Source of the DNA: Bryobacteraceae bacterium
GTDB lineage: Bacteria; Acidobacteriota; Terriglobia; Bryobacterales; Bryobacteraceae
Direction: 5' to 3'
Length of the DNA: 64,000 nt
Assembly: GCA_036404435.1 (NCBI GenBank)
Contig: DASWZN010000025.1
Location: 29,277-93,276, forward strand
Positions 29,955 to 37,259 of this stretch are shown here, in pieces (positions within the stretch are counted from its first letter, which is position 1; the number at the start of each line of letters is the position of its first letter). A program made the position numbers and the translations under genes. Under the pieces are notes generated by a model, which saw only the letters and a list, made by a program, of their open reading frames with translations, was not told where the DNA came from and did no database searches.

Positions 29955-31382
29955 CTATGCGGCCGGCGGCCTCCGCCGGTGCCAGTCAGTGCGGGTCTGG
30001 AACTCGCGGCCGTAGGCGATCGGCAGGCCTTCCGTGAACGGCCGGCTGACGAGTTGAATCCCCACCGGCAGGCCGCCGGCGAAACCGCAGGGCAGGAACA
30101 GCGCCGGGAGGCCCGCCAGATTTCCAGCGGCGCTTAGGTCCGAGAGGCCGCGCTGGCTGGGCTTGGGGCGCTCCGGCTCGGCATCGACCGGCTCCGTAAT
30201 GCGGGTGGCCGGGCCGAAGCGCGAGGGTGAAACCAGCAGGTCGTAATCCACGAAGAGCTTGCCGAGCGCTTCCTGGATCAGGCGCCGCGCGCGCATCGCC
30301 TTGAGGTAGTCCCGGGCCGCAATCTCCAGGCCCGCTCGGAGGCCCGCGATCTGGTGCGGGTCGGCAAGCTGGTCCACATCGCCGCTTTCGATGAGCCGTT
30401 CGAAGGCTGCGGAAGCCTCCGCCGCGATGATAATTTCGGCGATCGCCGCGTAGGGGAAGTCGGGCAGGGCGACCTCCTTCATGCGGACTCCGCTCGCGCG
30501 GATCACATCGAGCGCGGCCTGGAATGCAGGTCGCGCGGAAGGCTCGGCCCAGTCCGAGAAATCGACGGGCGCAAAGCCCACCCGGAGCTGCTTGAGATCC
30601 AGCGGGTACTCGGGCCAGTAATAGAAGCGCTTGCCCGCCGAGCCCGGGTCGTTCGAATCGCCGCCCGAAATGGCGTGCAGGACGAAGCCGCAGTCTTCGG
30701 CCGAGCGGCACATGGGACCGATCTTGTCCATGGTCCAGGAGACCGGCATGGCGCCCTGGCGGCTGACCAGTCCGTAGGTGGGGCGCAGGCCCGTGATGCC
30801 GCAGCAGGCGCAGGGCGTCATGATGGAGCCCCAGGTCTCCGACCCGAGCGCGAAGGGCACCAGGCCGGCGGCAACGGCGCTGCCCGAACCGCTCGAGGAG
30901 CCGCCGGACCAGCGGGAGCGGTCCCACGGATTCAGCCCCGGTCCGAACAAGGACGCCGCGGCGGAACGGTACCCGCCAGCGCCCGCGAGCTCAACCAGCG
31001 CCAGCTTGCCGATGAGCGCCGCGCCGGCTTTGTCGAGCCCGCCAATGGCGGCCGCGTCGCGATCGAACATCTGTCTGGCGAAGGGGCGCGCGCCCCAGGT
31101 GGTGCGCCGGTCCGCGACGGCAAGAAGGTCCTTAGCGCCATACGGAATGCCTTCGAGCGGGCCGCGCAGCCGCCCGTGCTTGATCCGGCCGTCGGTCGTG
31201 TGGGCCTGTTTGAGCCCGTCCTCGCGCAGGGACAGGGCGAGCGCGTTGTACTTCGGCCCGAGCTTTTCGAGGCGGCCGCAAAAGGCGTGCGTCAGCTCGG
31301 CGGCCGAAAAGTCGCGCGCTCGAAGCCGGGAGCCGAGCTCGCCGATGGTAGCGAAGAAGAGGTCGTGGCTGAAGGCCGGCAT
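29955..31382 (-). CDS. amidase-signature (AS) family amidase, no own signal peptide
   Basis: 475 aa with the AS motif GGSSSGSGSAVAAGLVPFALGSETWGSIMTPCACCGITGLRPTYG. The N-terminus is typical of cytoplasmic GatA-like amidases (FATIGELGSRLRARDFSAAELT). Confidence 0.85.
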   Translation of the reverse strand: MPAFSHDLFFATIGELGSRLRARDFSAAELTHAFCGRLEKLGPKYNALALSLREDGLKQAHTTDGRIKHGRLRGPLEGIPYGAKDLLAVADRRTTWGARPFARQMFDRDAAAIGGLDKAGAALIGKLALVELAGAGGYRSAAASLFGPGLNPWDRSRWSGGSSSGSGSAVAAGLVPFALGSETWGSIMTPCACCGITGLRPTYGLVSRQGAMPVSWTMDKIGPMCRSAEDCGFVLHAISGGDSNDPGSAGKRFYYWPEYPLDLKQLRVGFAPVDFSDWAEPSARPAFQAALDVIRASGVRMKEVALPDFPYAAIAEIIIAAEASAAFERLIESGDVDQLADPHQIAGLRAGLEIAARDYLKAMRARRLIQEALGKLFVDYDLLVSPSRFGPATRITEPVDAEPERPKPSQRGLSDLSAAGNLAGLPALFLPCGFAGGLPVGIQLVSRPFTEGLPIAYGREFQTRTDWHRRRPPAA

Positions 31383-31384
31383 GG

Positions 31385-31573
31385 CTATTGGGCCCGGAAC
31401 GAAAAGGCCGGCTCGGTCCGGGCCGGAACGGCCAGCTTGCGAACCACGGCGGCGTTCTGGCGCAGGTCCTCCGCGGCGGACGGAGCCGGGGAATCGGGTG
31501 CGGCCGCGGTTTGCGGTTTGGCGGCTGCGGCCGCGGCCACAAGCCCGGCCAGTTGTCTCCGCGTCATTCTCAT
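31385..31573 (-). CDS. 62-aa protein with twin-arginine (Tat) signal-like N-terminus; possible small amidase partner subunit
   Basis: MRMTRRQLAGLVAAAAAAKPQTAAAPDSPAPSAAEDLRQNAAVVRKLAVPARTEPAFSFRAQ*. Its start overlaps the aroDE stop (ATGA, 31570-31573) and its stop lies 2 nt before the amidase ATG. In the track it is hidden as the tail of the off-frame ORF 31385-32113. Confidence 0.55.
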   Translation of the reverse strand: MRMTRRQLAGLVAAAAAAKPQTAAAPDSPAPSAAEDLRQNAAVVRKLAVPARTEPAFSFRAQ

Positions 31574-33099
31574 TTGGAGTTCATTATAGGCTCGCCCGAG
31601 CCGGCCAGGGCTTCCAGGGCCGCCTTCTGCATGACCACGCGGGGCGCGCTGTCGCCGGTCCAGATCTCGAACTGCCGCGCCGCCTGTTCGAGAAACATCT
31701 CGATGCCTGGCACCACGGCGGCGCCCTGCTCGCGCGCGCGCCGGATGAGCAGGGTCTCGAGCGGGTTGTACACCATGTCGAAAACGACGGCGGCCGGGAT
31801 GCGCCCTGGGAAGAACGTCTCGTTCACGTTGGGACACATACCCAGGGACGTGGCGTGGACCAGCGCGTCGAAGTTGCGCCCGGCCGCCTGCTCGCGCAGA
31901 ACCGGCTCCGCGCCACAGGCTTTGGCGAGCGCGCGGACGCGGTCCGGGTTGCGGCCCGTGATGGCTAGCGTCGCCCCGGCGTCGGCGAGCGCGAATGCCG
32001 CGCTGCGGGCGGCGCCGCCATTCCCCACCACCAGGATCGACGAGCGGGCCAGGCGCACATGCCGCGAAAGCGGGACCGTTATGCCCGGCGCGTCGGTGTT
32101 GGCGCCGCGCCATTTCCCCGCCTTGCGCCAGACGGTGTTGACGGCGCCGATGCGGCGCGCCAGAGGCTCGACGACGTCGAGGTAGCGGACGATCTTCTGC
32201 TTGTGCGGGATGGTCACGCTAAAGCCCGCCACGGGCAGCTTGTCGGCCATCGTCATGAAGTCCTTCAACTGCGGCGGCTGCACCAGGAATGGCAGGTAGA
32301 CGGCGTCCATGCGGCGGGCCTGAAAACCACGGTTGTGAACCGCCGGCGAGATGGAGTGCCGCACCGGGTCCGCGATCACGCCGTAGATGCGCGCGTCGCG
32401 GCCCAGCTTTTCGATGCGGTAGATGTGCCGCAAGTGGCGCGCCGCTACCTGGCCGGCCGCGGTGCCCTCCGCTGTGCTGGGCGCGGCGTACGTATAGAGC
32501 CCGCCGAAGACCGGCGAGAGCACGCGCGTGGAGAATCCCATTTCTCCCATCGCGAGCATCATGAGCGGCACCCGCGGGTGGGAGCGAGCCAGCGCGAGGA
32601 CGCGCAGATTGTCCGACGGCTTGCGCGCGGTGGTGACGACCTTGTAAGCGTCCGCGGGAATGCGCAGCATCCGCCGCAGGACCGCCTCCAGCGCCGGCGT
32701 GCCTTCGTAGTTGTGGTAGGAGAGCACCAGGCGCGCGCGGCCGCGGAACAGGTCGAGCTTCGCCGCGGCCACTTCGGCGGTTTCGATTTCGATGTCGACG
32801 GCGCGGGCGCCGGCTGCGACGGCGGCGTCGAGGATCCCGATCTGTTCCTCGACACTGCCGTTGAAGCGGCCGTGGTTCTGGTGGCGCCGGCACGTGGCGA
32901 GAATCGTGACGTCCGGGTACGCGCGGAGAAAGCCGCGCGTGGCGGCAACGCCGCGTTCCGGCACGTCCAGGCAGTCCAGACGGAATTCCAGAAACGTCTC
33001 GCCGGATTCGACCTCGCGGCGGGCGTGCTCGATCAGCTTCTCGGGTGTGGGAAAGCCTAGCGCGATGGCAATGCGCGGCAATGTTTCCGGCGGCGGCAT
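31570..33099 (-). CDS. aroDE: bifunctional 3-dehydroquinate dehydratase (type I) / shikimate 5-dehydrogenase
   Basis: 509 aa. The N-terminal half is AroD-like (FLEFRLDCL...YEGTP...KVV). The C-terminal half is AroE-like (YGVIADPVRHSISPAVHNRGF..., VVGNGGAARSAAFAL). Confidence 0.85.
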   Translation of the reverse strand: MPPPETLPRIAIALGFPTPEKLIEHARREVESGETFLEFRLDCLDVPERGVAATRGFLRAYPDVTILATCRRHQNHGRFNGSVEEQIGILDAAVAAGARAVDIEIETAEVAAAKLDLFRGRARLVLSYHNYEGTPALEAVLRRMLRIPADAYKVVTTARKPSDNLRVLALARSHPRVPLMMLAMGEMGFSTRVLSPVFGGLYTYAAPSTAEGTAAGQVAARHLRHIYRIEKLGRDARIYGVIADPVRHSISPAVHNRGFQARRMDAVYLPFLVQPPQLKDFMTMADKLPVAGFSVTIPHKQKIVRYLDVVEPLARRIGAVNTVWRKAGKWRGANTDAPGITVPLSRHVRLARSSILVVGNGGAARSAAFALADAGATLAITGRNPDRVRALAKACGAEPVLREQAAGRNFDALVHATSLGMCPNVNETFFPGRIPAAVVFDMVYNPLETLLIRRAREQGAAVVPGIEMFLEQAARQFEIWTGDSAPRVVMQKAALEALAGSGEPIMNSK

Positions 33100-33126
33100 C
33101 GGTGGAGCGTCCCTAGAATATCATGG

Positions 33127-33432
33127 GTGGAGATGAGTGGCGGAGATCGGTTTTGCGCTGCGATTCTGCTTTCTTGCCTGGCCGTCTTTCCCGGCTGCAG
33201 AGCCAAGCCACGGGGCGTGATGCTTGCTGTCGGCGACTACCTGCGCAGCGACTACGTTGAATGCCTCAAGAAGACGCGCTCACCGCTAAGATGTGAGGTT
33301 TCCGGCGAGCCCCAGCTCGTTCAGGTGAGCAAGGGAGTGAAGGGCACTCTAATCAGCGTCGACAGCTTCCACGAAGGGTTTGCGTCGACTCGTGCAGAGC
33401 AGCGATGGCTCCGTCGAGCCCTATCCTTCTGA
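33127..33432 (+). CDS. hypothetical lipoprotein (possibly N-terminal part of a frameshifted gene)
   Basis: 101 aa with a lipobox-like AAILLSCLAVFPGC. It sits in a region of visibly lower GC and overlaps the next ORF by 53 nt in a +1 relationship. Confidence 0.35.
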   Translation: MEMSGGDRFCAAILLSCLAVFPGCRAKPRGVMLAVGDYLRSDYVECLKKTRSPLRCEVSGEPQLVQVSKGVKGTLISVDSFHEGFASTRAEQRWLRRALSF

Positions 33433-33835
33433 GGAATCGGCGGTGCGACGTTTGACAGCGGCCGTCTTGGACGAACATCACGTCAAGGTCGGGTTCGAAG
33501 GGTTCAAGCCGTCCGTCTACGTCTTCGTCGGCGATCTCGACCGGTACGTTGCGCAGGAAGCGTTGGCCGGAAGGTACGTTGACGACAAGGGACGGAGCTA
33601 TGTATTCGGGACCGACGGATGGGCTACCTTCCCCGAGCGCAGATTCGAGTACGTGGTCGCGTCGGATCACGTCCCGAATGAATATGACTACTTCTATGAA
33701 AAGCCAGGCGGCCGAGTGTTTGTCTTCGAGAGGAACAACGGCCTGCTGCAAATCTTCAAGACGACAGGCGAAGTCGACGAGGTCGTCGACAAACGGCCAT
33801 CCTACTCACTCCGGGAGCTGACTTCCGGGAAGTAG
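33380..33835 (+). CDS. hypothetical protein (possibly continuation of 33127-33432)
   Basis: 151 aa with a TTG start and no motif I recognise. Composition is coding-like (mixed charged/aromatic, e.g. YVVASDHVPNEYDYFYEKPGGRVFVFERNNGLL). Confidence 0.4.
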   Translation: MRRLVQSSDGSVEPYPSEESAVRRLTAAVLDEHHVKVGFEGFKPSVYVFVGDLDRYVAQEALAGRYVDDKGRSYVFGTDGWATFPERRFEYVVASDHVPNEYDYFYEKPGGRVFVFERNNGLLQIFKTTGEVDEVVDKRPSYSLRELTSGK

Positions 33836-33839
33836 CCCC

Positions 33840-35348
33840 TTACGCCTGCTTGATGCGCGCGTGGTACACCGCGGCCCCGGCGGCGATGGTCAGGATGGCC
33901 GCGATGGAAACACCCGGCCGGAGCATCACGCCGTAGACGATCGTCCACAGGCCTACCAGGATGAATACCAGCGGGATGACCGGCCAGCCGAAGCTCACAA
34001 TCCGCAGCCGCTGCCAGGTCGGACGCCTGCGGAAAACGAACAGCGAAGCCACCGAGAGCACGGCGAAGAAGGTCAGGCTGAAGCCGATGTACACCACCAG
34101 GTCGGGGAACGGCGTGAGCGTCATCAGCACCGCGCACAGGCCCTGGCACAGGATCGCGATCACCGGCGTGCGCCAGCGCGGATGTACGTGGGCCGCCATC
34201 TTGAAGAAGGCGCGGTTCTGCGCCATCGCATAGTAGACCCGCGGCCCCACCGTCACCTCGGCGTTCACGGTAGCCACGAGACACAGGGCGATGAGCGCGC
34301 CGAACAGGCCGCCCATCATGGGCCCGAACAGCGCGGTGGCGGCGGTCGCGCCGATCTCGACGATGGGTCCGCCGGGGCCTCTCATCCCCGCCAGCGGCAG
34401 CGCATAGAGGAACACCACGTTCAGGGCGATGTAAATGGCCGCCACCAGCAGCGTGCCGAAAGTCAGCGCCATCGGCAGCGTCCGCTCCGGCAGCTTGAGC
34501 TCCTCCGCTACGTAGGTGGCAGCGTTCCAGCCGCTGTAACACACATAAATCCAGAAGAGGCTGATGGCGAACTGCGCGGGCACGGGAACCGTCGAGGTGC
34601 GCGTTACCCCTTCCGAGAAATGAGCCCAGGAGCCCTTTCCCACAAACAGCCCCAGCACAATGAAGGCCAGAATCACCGTCAGGTTCACGCCCGTGAGGAG
34701 GTTCTGCAGCTTCGCGACACGCCGCACGCCGAAAATGTTGACCGCGGTCAGCACCGCGATCAGCGTCGCGGCAACCAGTTGGGCCGGGCCGAACTGCAAC
34801 TGGATGTGGCCCCACCCGAGGCTCAACGTGATCCAGGTCCGGCTGAGATCCGGCAGCAACTCGCTCACGGACCTGGCCCAGGCCCATTCGCCGTTGCCGG
34901 CTCCATGCCGCACCGCTTCCTGCACACCGCCGAGATACCGCGCGCAGGCCAGCGACGCGGCGGCGATGGGCGCCGAAAAACCGGCGAAGAACGACACCCA
35001 ACCGGTCATGAAGCCCCAGGTCGGGCCGTAGGCGCGCGTCAGGTAGACGTACTCGCCGCCCGAGCTCGGAAAGTTAATGCCCAGCTCGGAATAACAGAAC
35101 GCTCCCGCCAGGGCAAACAGCGCGCCCACCACCCATATGCCCAGCACCAGCCTGACATCGCCGAGATCGCCCGCCAAAAAGCCGGTGCTGGTAAAGATGC
35201 CCTGGCCGATCATGTTCGAGATCACCAGCGCGGTGGCGCTGAAGATGCCGAGCTGCCGGAGAAGAGTCGCGGGCTTCTTGCCGAGGTCCATGCTGGCGTG
35301 CCGCGGGGAGCTGATTTTGTCGGCCACTTCCGGAACTTTATTGTACAT
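33840..35348 (-). CDS. APC-family amino acid permease
   Basis: The ATG at 35348 gives MYNKVPEVADKISS...LLRQLGIFSATALVISNMIGQGIFTSTGF, with about 12 hydrophobic segments. The upstream 185 codons of track ORF 33840-35903 are antisense to cobB. Confidence 0.85.
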   Translation of the reverse strand: MYNKVPEVADKISSPRHASMDLGKKPATLLRQLGIFSATALVISNMIGQGIFTSTGFLAGDLGDVRLVLGIWVVGALFALAGAFCYSELGINFPSSGGEYVYLTRAYGPTWGFMTGWVSFFAGFSAPIAAASLACARYLGGVQEAVRHGAGNGEWAWARSVSELLPDLSRTWITLSLGWGHIQLQFGPAQLVAATLIAVLTAVNIFGVRRVAKLQNLLTGVNLTVILAFIVLGLFVGKGSWAHFSEGVTRTSTVPVPAQFAISLFWIYVCYSGWNAATYVAEELKLPERTLPMALTFGTLLVAAIYIALNVVFLYALPLAGMRGPGGPIVEIGATAATALFGPMMGGLFGALIALCLVATVNAEVTVGPRVYYAMAQNRAFFKMAAHVHPRWRTPVIAILCQGLCAVLMTLTPFPDLVVYIGFSLTFFAVLSVASLFVFRRRPTWQRLRIVSFGWPVIPLVFILVGLWTIVYGVMLRPGVSIAAILTIAAGAAVYHARIKQA

Positions 35349-35385
35349 TGAGAGGCCGAGACGAAGTAGCTCATAATGAAAGTCT

Positions 35386-36096
35386 GTGAACCAGGCTCGT
35401 GAATGGCTGCAGGCCGCTTCCTCCGTCGTGGTGCTGACCGGCGCCGGCATCTCGGCTGAGAGCGGTGTGCCAACGTTCCGCGGGCAGGGCGGCCTGTGGA
35501 AGCAGTTTCGCGCCGAGGACCTGGCGACCCCTGAGGCGTTCGCGCGCAACCCGCGGCTGGTTTGGGAATGGTACGATTCGCGGCGCACGGCGCTCGCGGG
35601 TGTCGAGTCGAACGCCGGGCACCGGGCGCTGGCGGAGTTAGAAGCGCGCAAGCCGCGGTTCACGCTCGTGACGCAGAACGTGGATGGTCTGCATGACCGC
35701 GCGGGCAGCCGCAACGTGCTCAAGCTGCACGGCGACATCTGGACGCTGCGATGCCTGCAATGCGGGCGTGAACGGCGGGACGAGCGCACGCCGCTTCCGG
35801 AGCTGCCGCCGTGCTGCGAATGCGGCGGGATGCTGCGGCCGGGCGTGGTGTGGTTCGGCGAGCCGCTGCCGCGTGCCGCCTGGGACCGTGCGCAACAGGC
35901 CACGTGCGAGGCCGAGGTGCTGCTGGTGGTGGGGACGTCGGCGACGGTTTATCCCGCAGCCGGCCTGGTTCCGATGGCCAGGAACGCCGGCGCGCGCGTG
36001 ATCGAGTGCAACATGGAGGAGACGCCGTTTTCGTCCGGGCTGGACCGCTCTTTCCGGGGCCGCGCGGGCGAATTGCTGCCGCAATTGATGGCATGA
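35386..36096 (+). CDS. cobB: NAD-dependent protein deacylase (Sir2 family)
   Basis: 236 aa with GAGISAESGVPTFRG, QNVDGLH and the Zn ribbon CLQCG...CCECGG. Confidence 0.9.
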   Translation: MNQAREWLQAASSVVVLTGAGISAESGVPTFRGQGGLWKQFRAEDLATPEAFARNPRLVWEWYDSRRTALAGVESNAGHRALAELEARKPRFTLVTQNVDGLHDRAGSRNVLKLHGDIWTLRCLQCGRERRDERTPLPELPPCCECGGMLRPGVVWFGEPLPRAAWDRAQQATCEAEVLLVVGTSATVYPAAGLVPMARNAGARVIECNMEETPFSSGLDRSFRGRAGELLPQLMA

Positions 36097-37259
36097 AGAT
36101 CTGCTACCTGGACGCATTTTCGGGAATCAGCGGCGACATGCTGGTGGGCGCCCTGGCGGATGCCGGCGCTCCGGCCGCTGCGCTCGTCGAAGCGCTGACG
36201 ACGCTGGGAACGGGCGCGACTTTCACCTTCGAGAAGACGCGCCGCTGCGGGATCGGCGCGACCAAGTTCCACGTCGCGGGGCCCCACGAGCACGCTCACC
36301 GGCACCTGTCGCACATCCTGGAGATGATCGAGGGGGCCGATCTGCCGGCGCTTGTGAAACAGAACGCCTCGGCCGTGTTCCGGAGGCTGGGCGAGGCGGA
36401 GGCGCGGGTGCACCAGATCCCCCTCGAGCGCGTCCACTTTCACGAAGTGGGCGCCGCGGATTCGATCTGCGACATCGTGGGCGCGTGCCTGGGTTTCGAG
36501 CTGCTGGGCGTGGAGGAGATTCACTCGTCGGCGCTGAACCTGGGCAGCGGCACGGTGCAGATGGAGCACGGCGTTTTGCCCGTGCCGGCGCCGGCGACGG
36601 CAGCGTTAGTCGAGGGCACGCCGGTGTACGCGCGCGGGCCCGAGGTCGAGCTAACCACGCCCACGGGCGCGGCGCTCGTCACCACGCTCGCGGCGCGGTT
36701 CGGCGCGATGCCCGCGATGCGAATTGCGGCCGCCGGTTACGGCGCGGGCGGGCACGACTTCGCGGAACAGCCGAACGTGCTGCGCGTGTTGATCGGAGAG
36801 AAGACGGGCGCGAGCGAGGCGACGACGGTGGCGGTGATCGAAGCGCACATCGACGATTCGAGCCCGCAAGTGCTCGCCTACGCGCTCGAACGGCTGCTCG
36901 AAGCCGGCGCACTGGACGCGGCGCTGGCCCCGCTGACCATGAAGAAAGGCCGCCCGGGAGTGCTGTTGCGCGTCATCGCGCGCCCCCAGGACCAGGAAAC
37001 GCTGGCGCAACTGGTTTTCACCGAGACCTCGACGCTCGGCCTGCGCATAACCCAAGCGGAGCGCCGCGTCGAAGAACGCCGCACCGTCGAGGTCGAGACG
37101 CCGCACGGCAAAATCCGCGTGAAGGTTTCGAGCGCGGGGCACTATGCGCCCGAGTATGAAGACTGCCGGCGCCTCGCGATCGAAACGCGGACGCCGCTCA
37201 AGGACATCATCGCCGAGGCCAATCTGGCATACCTGAGATGCAAGACAAATACTATCTGA
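36093..37259 (+). CDS. larC: LarC-family nickel insertion protein (DUF111)
   Basis: Its ATG overlaps the cobB stop (ATGA). MKICYLDAFSGISGDMLVGALADAG and HFHEVGAADSICDIVG are LarC hallmarks. The 3' end overlaps the metG start by 22 nt. Confidence 0.8.
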   Translation: MKICYLDAFSGISGDMLVGALADAGAPAAALVEALTTLGTGATFTFEKTRRCGIGATKFHVAGPHEHAHRHLSHILEMIEGADLPALVKQNASAVFRRLGEAEARVHQIPLERVHFHEVGAADSICDIVGACLGFELLGVEEIHSSALNLGSGTVQMEHGVLPVPAPATAALVEGTPVYARGPEVELTTPTGAALVTTLAARFGAMPAMRIAAAGYGAGGHDFAEQPNVLRVLIGEKTGASEATTVAVIEAHIDDSSPQVLAYALERLLEAGALDAALAPLTMKKGRPGVLLRVIARPQDQETLAQLVFTETSTLGLRITQAERRVEERRTVEVETPHGKIRVKVSSAGHYAPEYEDCRRLAIETRTPLKDIIAEANLAYLRCKTNTI

